Source: Ginglymostoma cirratum
Taxonomy: Eukaryota
NCBI GenBank assembly: GCA_024137785.1
Contig: JAHRHZ010000018.1
Coordinates: 51,012,289-51,076,288 of the forward strand
Length of the DNA stretch: 64,000 nucleotides
Direction of reading: 5' to 3'
Part shown: positions 25,935 to 37,530 of the stretch, piece by piece
How the letters are laid out: every line of letters begins with the position of its first letter
Position numbering within the stretch: position 1 is the first letter of the stretch
Notes under the pieces: model-generated
What the model was told of the DNA's origin: nothing
The model's input: only the letters and a program-made list of their open reading frames with translations
Databases searched by the model: none
Translations under genes and position numbers: made by a program

Positions 25935-26757
25935 GAGGGATACAAACTGTTCACAGAGAGATAGTGATAGGTTAAATAAGTGAGCAAAAATATTGGCAAA
26001 TGGAGTATATTGTGGGAAAATGCAAGTTGTTCATTTTGGAAGGGAGAACAAAAGAACTGTATGTTATTTAAATGGAGAAAAACTGCAGAAAGCATCAACA
26101 TAAACAGATTTGTCTGTACTGATGTATGAAACACAGAAAGTTAGCACACAGGTACAGCAGGTAATCAGGAAGGCTAATGGAATGTTGGCCCTTATTTCAA
26201 CGAGGTTGGAGATAAGAGTAAAGAAGTCTTACTGGAAACGTACAAGGTGTGTATGAGACATCTGGAGGACTGTGAGCAATTTTTTCCCCTTATCTATGGA
26301 AAGATATTATTTCATTGGAGGCAGTTCAGAGAAATTTCATTATGATGGTCCCCAGTATAGAGGGATTGTGTTATGATCAAAGGTTAAACTGGTTGGGAAT
26401 CTACTCACCAAAATTCAGAAAATGAGAGGTGATCTCATTGAAATATTTAGGGTTCTTAACAAGGCTTGTCAGGGTAAATGCTGGGAGGATGTTTCACTTT
26501 CGGGGAGAATTTAGGACCAATTTAAGACTGGGATGAAGAGGTTTGCAAGTGTCTGCAACACCTTGCCAGGGAGAGCTGTGGCAGCAGAGTCCTTGTGCAT
26601 ATTTGTCTATTTAAGGCTGAGATAGATTCTTAAGCAGTAGGGGAATCAAGGATTATAGGAAAAGGCAAGGAAATTGAAACGACGAATGTCAGATTAGCCA
26701 TGGTCTTATTGAATAGTGGAGCAGGTTCGAGGGACAAAATGGCCTACTCTTGTTTCT
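25935..26757 (+). mobile_element. CR1 LINE 3' fragment
   Basis: Decayed WQME...GKCKLFIL, QVIRKANGMLA and RGDLIEIF motifs, then a CR1 3' UTR 'gcaggttcgagggacaaaatggcctactcttg'. Confidence 0.85.
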
Positions 26758-26880
26758 GAGATAATAGGCACTGCAGCTGCTGGAGAATCCGAGATAACAA
26801 GGTGTGGAGCTGGATGAACACAGCAGGCCAAGCAGCATCATAGGATCAGGAAAGCTTGATGTTTCGGGCCTAGACCCTTC
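26758..26880 (-). mobile_element. Penelope pLTR fragment (hammerhead truncated)
   Basis: Nearly identical to 35644-35765, the terminus of the GIY-YIG-encoding element. Confidence 0.85.
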
Positions 26881-27007
26881 TAATTCTTTTGGTTTTATAA
26901 GGACTCTCCTTCTCGGCTCAGGCAAACCCAGCCCGCTAACTTTTATACCTGTCAAAAAGGAACCACAATGATTTTACCCTGGGATATTACCTTCTCTCAG
27001 AGGGTCA

Positions 27008-27332
27008 GGGATAGCACGGTGGCTTAATAGTTAGCACTGCTGCCTCACAGCACCAGGAACCCAGGTTCAATTCCAACCCCGGGCGACTGTCTGTGTGGAG
27101 TTTGCACATTCACCTCATGTTTGCGTGGGTTTCCTTTGGGTACTCCAGTTTCCTCCCACAGTGAAAAGATGAGCAGGCTAGGTGGATTGGTAATGCTAAA
27201 TTGCCCGTAGTGTTCAGGGATGTGTAGATTAGGTGGGCCACAGGGGGATGGGTCTGGATGGGATATTCTGAGGGTCACTGTGGACTTGTTGGCCCAAAGG
27301 GCCTGTTTCCACATTGGAGGGATTCTATGATC
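27008..27332 (+). mobile_element. HE1-type V-SINE, near full length
   Basis: tRNA-like head with B box GGTTCAATTCC (27064-27074), V-domain 'ctgtgtggagtttgcacatt...gcgtgggtttcc', and CR1-derived tail 'gcctgtttccac...gattctatga'. Confidence 0.85.
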
Positions 27333-27799
27333 TTCACCATGCATTTTGACAGCTATGAGTGAGCTGGTTAGAAGACTAACCTCTATTCTCCAACATGGCA
27401 ATCCAGCTCTCAATGAGGTTTACAGCCCCCACCCTCAGATAAACTTTGCCCCGAACATCATCCACCCATTGACTCCTCACGTTATCCGGCTTATGCCACT
27501 TCCATGCCATCTTACACACCAATTCAACTCCATGCCTCCTCAACCCCATCCAGCCCATCCTCGCTTAAACTCCCCATATCACCTCCAAGCTGCCTTCATG
27601 CCCCTTTGCATATTCTCATCCAGTCTCCACTATGACCAATCTGCAGGAGCCAGGTGTTAGCAATGGGAAATATTTTAGAAACATTGGAAACAAAAACTGA
27701 ACCTCTAACAATTTAATAAAACTGTGAATTCTAATTTACCATCATTCATACTGGAAAGAAAAAGATACAGGAGTGCAAAAATAGTAATGCTTTAAGTGT

Positions 27800-28410
27800 T
27801 GTTGTTTTTATTAGACATTGCTGGCTGGCCCAGCATTTATTATCCAGCCCTTGTTGCCCCTAAAAGGTGGAGATCAGCTACCTTTTTGAACTGCTGCTGT
27901 CATTGGAGATAATGTACACCCATGGTATTGTTAGGAACAGAATTGTAGGAGATTGACTACATGAAAGTGAAGTAGCATTGTTATAGATCCAAGCCAGGAT
28001 GATATGTGGCTTAAAGGAGAAATTGCACGTCATGGTATTCCCATGCATCTGCTGCCTTTGACCCTCCAGGCAGTGGAGATTGCAACTTTGGAAGTTGCTG
28101 TTGAAAAGCCTTGGTGAATTAATGTGGTGCGTCTTGTAGATAGTAAACATTGTACCACCAGTGGTGAAGGGAGTGACTGTTGAAAGTGGTGGATCAGATG
28201 CCAATCAAAAAAGTTCTTTGTTCTGGATGATGTTGAACTTCTTGATCCAGTAAAGTGACGTGCATTCCATTATACTCCGAAATAGTGTCTTTGGAGCGTC
28301 AGATAGTGAGTCACTTGCCTCAGAGTTCCTAGCTTCTGATCAGCTGCTGTAGTCACAGTATTTATCTAGTTTGGTTGTGGTCAATCGCAAATGTCAGGAT
28401 GTTGATAGTT
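27800..28410 (-). mobile_element. CR1-group LINE 3' fragment
   Basis: Same tail family as 18045 and 59440 ('ctggctggcccagcatttattatcc'); the ORF remnant LEGQRQQMHGNTMTCNFSFKPHIILAW lies in this body. Confidence 0.75.
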
Positions 28411-31315
28411 TGTAAACAATTAGGATGAAAGCTATAGTACTTTTTTTTACAGCATAGTATTAATCATTCTTGGATCAGCAGACCACCTGCTGTGCTGAAG
28501 CTATTAGTCTGAAACCCAGTCAAGCACTCATAATTGCTAGACTCATCATAACAAAAGCCATCTTAGAAATTGTTGTTTTAAGTCTTGGGAATGTCTTTTA
28601 ATACTTAACCACCAGGTTTCAGCCCAATAGTAAAATAAAGTCATTTCTGTAATGCATGACTTGATAACAGCTTATTAATCAATGGAGAGGAACAGGTAAG
28701 GAAAATTTTTGCAACATTCAGAAGCACGACTTTTTTTAAGATCTATAGACATCAGTCAATTTAAATCACAGCTACAATATGTAATGGCAGAGCTTGCAGG
28801 AGTTTAAAAAATGCATAATGGCATTTTTTTAAATGGAAAATGTACTATAATGCATGGTAATCGCACAATGATGATCAATATATCTAGGTCAGATCTCTAT
28901 GATAAATTGCTATATTAAAATATTGCAATGTAGCACCTAATAGTGGAATTTGAAGGTGTCAAAATATTTTACACTTACCCTTAAGAATGTTGCTGACTTC
29001 TCAGTAGGCTTCCTCCATTGATCATGAACTCTTTGAGAAGTTACATGTTTTTAGAGATTCCAAAACTCACACCATCATGTGGACATTGTGCACATGAGGA
29101 TGTGCAATTTCCCCTCATAGTTGGGACTTTAACCTTGGAAGACCTGTATCTGCATTTTGTATGCAAGACTTTCCAATCCTGTGAAGAGGACACAATAAAA
29201 TTGCATTGGGTCAGGAAGGTAGGGGGAAATTATTTCTCTAGCACAAAATAAAAGATAAGTTCAGTATCGCATGACTCATTTTGATCTTCAACTCGCAGGC
29301 AAAAGTGAACCCAATATCCCTGGAAAAGCTGTTTCAGACTTATTGCAGTTATATCATTAGTAAATTATTAGTTAATTGAAGTGCTATACTCAAATCCACT
29401 GACAAATTAAGTCTGTTAAACACAATGATTATTACAATATTCTAACTTTTTGAATGGATTAAACAATGTCAAATATAATTTGATAAAAAATTTGCACAAT
29501 GCATGTAACTTATTCAATATACAAAATTTCAACTTGATTTATTATTCCTAAAATCACATTAGATTCCATATTCTGGTTTGTATTACACACTAAATTTGCA
29601 CATCAATGTTTTCTGGCAATAAAGTGAACTAAGATATTTAATCCCTTGTGGTTATTTAATGCAAAGGCTGTCTATTCAATGCATTATTCTTACATTAGTA
29701 ATGTTTGAAGATTAGGAATTTAAATTACATAACTTCTCAAGTGAATAATATCTGGTAATATCAAGGCAAAATAACATGGATTAATGCTAATTTTAGATTA
29801 TTATTCAGAAATTTTGCTGTAGCTAGGAATGAAACATGAATAAATACAAATTAGAAAGTGTCTCTCTAAGGTCCAACATCATGTCCATTAAATGGACAAT
29901 ACACACAGAAACAGCTCTTAGTTTACATAATGTAATGCGTGCATATATGAATGAATATTAATGTTTTTAAAAAAGCATTGAAAAAAAACTCCTGTGAACA
30001 CAGATTAAAGCCCTTGTGGTAAAATCTTCCTTCAAACTGGCTATAACCTCAATTGATAGTAACAATTTTACCTACAAACTAACACCTCCATGGTATCTGC
30101 TTCCATCATTTAAGATAAATTAATGATTTCATTACAGATTGAAATGGCACTTAAGACATTGCTGATTTACCTGTAATCCCAGCAATATTCCAAAAATACC
30201 TCTGTGTCTTCTCTGATTAGCCATTCTTCACATCCAATTGATCTGTTGAGGTAATAGTCGGAAACACACCATGCAGTAATTACTTACATCTGATTTAAGA
30301 AAAGAATATTCAGCACTCCCACTGTTCCACTTTAAGGTCTTCATGCGCTATTAACTCATTCCTGTTTATTAATACCCTAATGGGTGGATCCTGTCTGGGT
30401 TACAATGATTATATACATTTTTTGTTCTAAAATAAAGGAAATGAACATGAAAAGGTGAATTATTTGCAAGCATTATGTGACAGGGTTAACTAGAAAATGA
30501 CACCAGTATGTTTTGTTAGGTAGTAGAGTATGTAGCAGTGTTATTTTCTGTATGCTACAGTGTATAATGATATTCCATTTAGGAATTGTACTTTACAATG
30601 TTTCCTATGGGTGTTATATTCATTTGAACCCCCTTTGCCAAGAGATACAATCCTTAGACTATTACATTTATCATTTGTTTACTGTTCTAGTCCATCTTTT
30701 AAACCATACTATATAGCCATTATTTTCTGCTGTGATGTTATCCAAAAATCAGGCTTTATAGAGATAATGATAAAAATAATTTAAGTCCTCTACTTAAAGA
30801 CAGATGTTTTTGCATTTTGAAACAAAACGTGCCAAGTCTGACACTCCGCTTTTCTACTGATTCCCATTGTTACTGACATGTTTAATGGAATATAGAAAAC
30901 AACTGCCATGTTGATCATTAAGCAGGACCTAGTTTGATTTTTAACACAAATAATTCCAATTTTGGATAGTAAGAAAAATAATCTGTAGTGAGTGATTATT
31001 GCCAGTAATTTAATCTATCCCTCTGTAATCCATGGATTAGATGATGTAAAGATTCAAGCATACAATTGACAGCTCCCAATTACACTATTCAAATGCTGTT
31101 ATAAGAATATTGTGGTATACTAGCCAACATTATATCTAATTTGGCACAAAATATTACATATAAATCCAAATTGTACAGCATTGTGAACATCTGCATATGA
31201 GAAAATGCAAACTGTAGGGATAAATTCTCCACTTTCAGCCATACTACTCCCTTATATTTATTGAACAATAGTCCACACGGTTGTGTAAGCATGGTCAATG
31301 TGAACTCACCTAACT

Positions 31316-31802
31316 GGGGAGGAATTCACTTAGTGCCTAAATGAGCTATGACATTCACACAGCTAGAACTTTGGGACTGGAAGATCGCTCGGCAATGTTG
31401 GGCAGTACACAGGGGATTTGAATATGCTGGCAGAGTTGAAATTTCTTTTCTTGGACTAAGGAGGAGCACACTTAATATTCCTGGGGGGTAAAAATTGAAG
31501 TTGAAAGTGTAATTTTTTTTAGCAACCTTCAGGGATCCCTTTCAAAGCCGTTCAAGGCTTGTTTTAATGAGGGATGCTTTGTTTGCAGTTCAAGATCTGC
31601 CCATGTATTTGAATTTCACCTTTTGAGGTCTCATGCTTGGTAAGATGCTGATTCAGGCAGGTAGCTTCCTTGGCTAAAACACCATGAAAGCCAATAGAAC
31701 ATCCTGGGCAGTTCTGGTGCAGTTCACGCATTGCAAATTATGAAGAATGTCAGAGATCTTATGCTGACTTTGCACTGGAAACATCGATGGTCATTTCTCC
31801 CC
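31316..31802. mobile_element. MITE-like non-autonomous DNA element
   Basis: Termini GGGGAGGAAT and ATTTCTCCCC are inverted, 9/10 matching. No clear TSD. Confidence 0.45.
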
Positions 31803-32179
31803 GACTAGTTTATTCATTTCAAAGTTGTAGAAACATGTCTAAAAGCTTGTTATGTAGCATTGCATCAAAATTGACCAGAGGTTGTTGTTTCTTCTGTTGT
31901 GTTTACAAAAATTGCTCTGTAAGTTGGCCACACCATTGAGCCACTTAGTTGTCATGCTAACCAAAAGGGTAAGGGCTAGCTGGGAGTTGAGAAAGGATGT
32001 AAGGCAGGAAAACACCATTGTCCTTAATTTTTCCAACAATTCCAAAGGCCAAGTGCCCTTTTACAGTCAGCCCCATGATATGAAAGACCACTTCCTTTAT
32101 AAGGCTCAGGAAATCTACTTGCTACATCCCTATCTAGTTCTGCTGTGCTGTCTTCTAATGTGTGTCAATATGTCCTTCA

Positions 32180-32560
32180 AGTGAGAGGAAGGATTGTCAA
32201 TTACTCTTTAGTACAGCAGTTGAGTGATATTCCAGCCATAGCTGGAGGTATGTGAAGAGTATGAGGCTGGCGGTGTTAATAGGTTTGTGAGGACGAGGTG
32301 AAGTATCTGGAAGTTGAGTCCTGATGGTCAGCAACTGACCCTTTGTCAGTAATGAGGATGTGTTACAATGAGCACTGTGCGGGACCGATGGACTAATGAG
32401 TAAATATCATGTGGTAATGCATTCACTGACCTTGACTACAGGTTGTGAGACCTCTTCTAGCACTGCTGCCAGCTCCTCCTTTGGCTACTCACTCCCAATC
32501 CTTTAAGAGTTGTCCTTCATGCCTTCCTGATACACTACAGAGTCATTGTCTCTGAGCCAC
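32180..32560 (-). mobile_element. Harbinger-derived fragment related to the 11899 element
   Basis: Minus-strand 'gtagtcaaggtcagtgaatgcat' matches the Myb exon end 'gttatcaaggtcagtaagttcat' at 12226-12248. Confidence 0.4.
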
Positions 32561-32664
32561 TTCACAGTTTTTCTGAATGAAACTTAATTGCTTAATCATT
32601 CGATCATGGTGACCTTACTGATGGAGGTGGATAGGATCAGAAATGCAATGAATTGATTTCTTGA

Positions 32665-33317
32665 GTCGCACGCAGGTGCGCATATAATAAGAAGGCAAAT
32701 GGAATCTTTGCATTTAGTACAAAAGGTCAGGGTTATAAAAGTAAAGAACAGTTGTTTCAAGTATATAAGGCATTAGTGAGAACACACATAGAGTATTATG
32801 TCCAGTTTTGGTCTCCTTACTTGAAAAAGGATGTGGTGGCACTGGAGACAGTTCAGCAGAGGTTCGCCACATTGATTCCAGAAGTGAAAAGGCTGTCGTA
32901 TGAGGAGTGGTTAAATAGCTTGTGCTGGAGTTCAGAAGAATGAGGTGGGGTCTAATTGAGGATTATAAAATGCTAAAAAGAATTGATAGGGTGAATGTTG
33001 AATAGAAGTTCTGCCTTAAGGGACAGTCTAGAACTAGAGGTCTCAGATGTACAGTGAGGGGAGGTAGGATCAAAACTGAGCTCAGGAAAAATTGCTTCTC
33101 TCAGAGGGTTGTGATACTGTGGAACTTACTGTCACAGAGTGCAGTGGAGGTAGAATCAATCAACAGATTCAAGAATGAAATAGATATGTTTCTAATAGAA
33201 AGTGGGATAAAAGTCTATGGAGATCAGGCAGGAAAGTGATGTTGAGACTAGAATAAGATCAGCCATGAACATGTTAAATGGCATGTGGGTTCAAAGAGTT
33301 GAATTGCCTACTTCCAC
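32665..33317 (+). mobile_element. CR1 LINE ORF2 C-terminus and 3' UTR
   Basis: ORFs YKALVRTHIEYYVQFWSPYLKKDVVALETVQQRF and FSQRVVILWNLLSQSAVEVESINRFKNEIDMFL. Confidence 0.92.
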
Positions 33318-33563
33318 TAGGTGCATTGGCCATGCTAAATTGTTCATAGGGCCCAGGGATGTGTAGGATTGGTGGATTAGCAAGCTCAAAGGGCTAAATA
33401 ACCTCCTCCCGCTCCTATCTTCTGTGTTTCTTCTAGCTATAGGGAATCAGGGTTACAGGGATAGGGTAAAGAGGGGCTGGGGCTGGGTGGAATTCTCTTC
33501 AGAGGGTCAGTGTCTTTGGGCCAAATGGCCTGCTTCCACACTGGAGGAATTCTATGATTCTAT
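33318..33563 (+). mobile_element. 5'-truncated HE1-type SINE with a short CR1 tail inside
   Basis: 'attggccatgctaaattg...ggccaaatggcctgcttccacactggaggaattctatgattctat'; CR1-like tail at about 33381-33435. Confidence 0.7.
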
Positions 33564-33771
33564 AATTGCTATGTTTCTAAGTTCACTCCCACACTTTTCT
33601 GGATGGCTGTACATAACTAATAATATTAATGGTTACACATGCCGTTACCAAAACTGGCAATGACTAAGATAGCCCTTCAATTTTCTAATCTGTCCTTGGA
33701 CATTGAACGATTCTAATTCAGATGTGCGTGCATAACATAGACATGTCAGTAAAATCTGGTTCTAAAAACCA

Positions 33772-33873
33772 ATTCTGAGGAAGGGTCACTGGACCCGAAA
33801 TGTTAACTCTGATTTTTTTCTTCACAGATGCTGCCGGACCTGCTGAGCTTTTCCAGCAACTTCTGTTCTTGTC
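33772..33873 (+). mobile_element. Penelope pLTR fragment with hammerhead motif (stem III mutated)
   Basis: CUGAGGA-a-gggtc-actg-gaccc-GAAAUGUU; homolog of the 8084 copy. Confidence 0.8.
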
Positions 33874-35488
33874 ACTAAAAACTGGGCTTGATGATAAGTA
33901 ATAATTCATCACTGTATTGAATTAAAATATTTTGGTAACTGTTAAATTCACACCCAACCACATTATGATAATTGAATGCTACTAGCTAGCTCAGTGTCAA
34001 CAGGAACTGAAATAAAAAATCAGAATAAAAAGGAATAGTGCAGATTGCAGAATGGCATGAGCGTTCTTTCAAGTTATTTCATTATTTCTCTGCCTTTGTT
34101 TAAATGCAAAACCTGATGCTGTTCAAACGGAAAACCCTGGACTAATGTCTCCTTGGACGATTATATTTAAAGCTGATCACTTGCTGGTTGAGATATCTAT
34201 TTCCAATTCTTTTGTATTCACTGGCAAATTGTCTTCTTTTAGTACTTACTGAAATCATAAACCTATTTATAAAGAGCAGGTTTACGTGTTTTAACAACAA
34301 ACATACTTTTTTGCGATAATTCTTAACACTATTTCAGGGTAAGCAAATGAATGGGCTGTTGATAAAGCATCACTAACCACTGCCTGTAGTTATATCCAAT
34401 GTCACTTTTATATGACCATTTTGATAGCATCAAACTATTGTCAGTTGAGTACAACTGTCCTTAGTTAAGCAGCAAGAGAATCCTGCATATACTTAGGAAT
34501 TGAATTGAGTGTAGGTCAAGGGAAGGACAAACTCTCAGGTCAAGTCCTTCAATTAATCTGCCATCCTCCATTTTCCAGTAAAATACAGCAAAGTGTCTGC
34601 TATTGCTGTTTGATCATTCTGGAAAACTTAATTTTGTGTTGAAAGACTGACCCACCTCCACTGCTTCTGTTGATGTGCTGGCACAGTCACTTACCTTGTA
34701 AGTGTACCTCACTAACATTCACTGAATGATCTTACTCAACGATAAGGCGACATTCACCTATGTTTTCCAATGCAGTGTGATTGAAGGGTGATATGTCACA
34801 TTTCAGACTGCAATAAAATAAAAAAATGAACAGTGTGTTGGTGAAGTAAAATAAATGTAATTCTGCAGAATCACTGGGGCATTTTTTATTCGTATGACCT
34901 TCCCACATTTCTGTTTTGAATCGTGTTGCAACTTTGATCTTGATGAATAAGTTTATATCAGGCACATGTGAAATAATATGAGTCAAAAGTTCATTGCATT
35001 CATTACACAGGTTCATTTTTCAGGTTACGTTTTACTAACCACAGTTGGCATTGAAGCTTTTCACTCTCGCTAATTGTTTGCTCTGTTTTATGTTACAGTA
35101 CAAACTTCAAGCTTTTAAACCTTGCAGGAGCTTCTAACACTTGTTTTAAACATGTTTAACATTGTAAATCAAAAATTCACAGTTGCTAAGAGTCAAAAAC
35201 TATTGTACATTAACTGTATTCACATTTAGTTTTTGTTACCTTTACATTCTGACCGCATTTTATATTGTTTGGTTTGGTTTCCTTTGACAATGATAATGAC
35301 ACTCAGTTCTAACATCAATATTGCAGTCTGTGTCTAACATAGAGGAGCTCGATTGCAGGCTCACAACACCTAGGGCTGTGTTTTCATGGACTGTGAACCT
35401 ATAAAATGAAGCGCAGGCCTGGAAATGGAAGTCCTGCACCCAATTCCAATAAATCCAAATCCAATGGTGTCTTTCATGGGGAAGTGAT

Positions 35489-36690
35489 GTAATTTTTAGC
35501 ACAGCCCAAGTTTATTTACGAGACGTTGTCCAGTAGCAAAGTCATACCTAACGTTGGGCACTATGTTATATGTTTTGAAAATATGGTCTGGTTGAGCACA
35601 GTTGACCTACTGCCCACTGTGGCCAATCAAAGGGACATGTTAAGAGATAATAGGAACTGCAGATGCTGGAGAATCCGAGATAATAAGCTGTAGAGCTGGA
35701 TGAACACAGCAGGCCAAGCAGCATCATAGGAGCAGGAAAGCTTGATATTTCGGGCCCAGACTCTTTTTCAGAAATGGGGGAGGGGAAGGGGGTTCTGAAA
35801 TAAATAGGGAGAGAGGGGGAGGCAGATAGAAGATGGATAGTGGAGAAGATAGGTGGAGAGGAGACAGACAAGTCAAAGAGGCCAGGATGGAGCCAGTAAA
35901 GGTGAGTGTAGGTGGGGAGGAAGGAAGGAGATAGGTCAGTCCAGGGAGGACGCACAGGTCAAGGGGGCGGGATGAGGTTAGTAGGTAGGAAATGGGGTTG
36001 CGGCTTGAGGTGGGAGGAGGGGATAGGTGAGAGGAAGAACAGGTTAGGGAGGCGGGGATAAGCTGGACTGGTTTTGGGATGCGGTAGGGGAAGGGGAGAT
36101 TTTGGAGCTTGTGATATCCACATTGATACCATTGGGCTGCAGGGTTCCCAAGCTGAATATGAATTGCTGTTCCTGCAGCCTTTGGGTGGCATCATTGTGG
36201 CACTGCAGGAGGCCCAGGATGGACATGTCGTCTGAGGAATGGGAGAGAGAGTTGAAATGGTTCGTGACTGGGAGGTGCAGTTGTTTATTGCAAACCGAGC
36301 GCAGGTGTTCTGCAAAACGGTTCCCAAGCCTCCGCTTGGTTTCCCCGATGTAGAGGAGGCCACGATGGGTACAGCGGATGCAGTATACCACATTAGCAGA
36401 TGTGCAGGTGAACATCTGCTTGATGTGGAAAGTCTTCTTGGGGGCTGGGATGGGGGTGAGGGAGGAGGTGTGGGGGTCATTGGAATCTGGCATCACACAG
36501 CACTCAAAGTCATACACCACATTACTCAATTGTGCAGTGGGCACAATATCATTTTGGCTTGGTAGCAACATCCAGTTAGAGGAAATTATTAACTGTGTAT
36601 TTCCTGCAAAGCAGCAGCAGGAGATGACCTGCAGGATCTGTTGCTCAAATCTTTGAGACACTTTCCACCTTCCACTTCAAGGTAGTCAAG
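35489..36690 (-). mobile_element. Older Penelope-like element (family 3), split by the insertion at 35644-36476
   Basis: The right part reads VSQRFEQQI...DIVPTAQLSNVVYDFEC/CDAR. The left part continues HVPL...RYDFATGQRLVN/CAKNY. These are the two halves of a GIY-YIG region. Confidence 0.7.
35644..36476 (-). mobile_element. Penelope-like element (Neptune-type) 3' end: GIY-YIG endonuclease plus pLTR
   Basis: FTCTSANVVYCIRCTHRGLLYIGETKRRLGNRFAEH...HFN...QEQQFIFSLGTLQPNGIN, then a pyrimidine-rich UTR and a pLTR with a mutated hammerhead (CUGAAAA...GAAAUAUC). Confidence 0.93.
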
Positions 36691-36789
36691 GTACTTAATT
36701 ACCCCAGCAACCACCCCAACACCCATAAGCGGAAATGGATCAAGACATTACATCACCTTGCAGCAACCCAGAATTGTCCAAAGCAGAAC

Positions 36790-37530
36790 AGGGGCACTTA
36801 TACAGAGTTTTTAAAAGGAATGGATACCCAAAAAGCACAAACCACTGTTAAGTCCACAACAGACCACAACAAGAAAACACAACACAGCCAGACACACTAG
36901 TCACACTACTGTACATCAGAGACATATCAGAGATGACCACAAGACTACACAGACCCCTGGGTGTCAGGGTAGCTCACAAACCAACAACTACCCTTCCACA
37001 GCTACTGATTAATGTAAAGGATCCCATACCCACAACCAATAAAACTAACGTAATATACAAAATACCATGCAAAGACTGCGAAAAACATTACATTGGCCAA
37101 ACTGGAAGAAAACTGACAATAAGAATGCACGAACACCAAGAGACACGATAAATTCTCACTAGTTTCATTACACATGGAAAAAGAAGAACACAAATTTGAC
37201 TGGGACAACACATCCATAATAGCGTGAGCCAAAAGGAGACATGCCAGGGAATTCCTGGAGGCCTGGCATTTCAACCAGAACTCCATCAACAAACACATTG
37301 CACTGCACTCAATACACAAAACACTGAAAAATAGAACTGGAAGTGATGACAACCACCCCAGCAAACCGAGGCCTATAAATAACAAACGGGACAGAACACC
37401 AACGCTTCAGCAGAGATGCACTGATGATGTTACCTAGCAGGATGATGAAACGTCTGCAATCAAACACACTGGCTCAACAAGCATGTCTACAACCTCATCC
37501 ACAACCCGAGCTATAAATCTTCCCAAAAAT
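36790..37530 (+). mobile_element. Penelope-like element (Poseidon-type) 3' end, pseudogenised
   Basis: RPLGVRVAHKPTTTL...NVIYKIPCKDCEKHYIGQTGRKLTIRMHEH, then HKFDWDNTSI and REFLEAWH with stops and frameshifts, and a hammerhead in the 3' region. Confidence 0.92.
37417..37458 (+). ncRNA. Minimal type I hammerhead ribozyme motif
   Basis: ugca-CUGAUGA (37421-37427) ... GAAACGUC (37447-37454)-ugca; 4-bp stem I, GUC cleavage triplet, weak stem II. Confidence 0.65.

Noticed and set aside
27008-27080. tRNA gene
   Set aside because: The A/B boxes belong to a SINE head that continues into a V-domain and CR1 tail; no full cloverleaf.
34513-34542. DR5-like AGGTCA-n5-AGGACA
   Set aside because: The second half-site is imperfect, and such matches are expected by chance.
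35566-36565. Several long overlapping ORFs (129, 173 and 108 aa)
   Set aside because: Alternate frames and the antisense strand of the GC-rich Penelope fragment.
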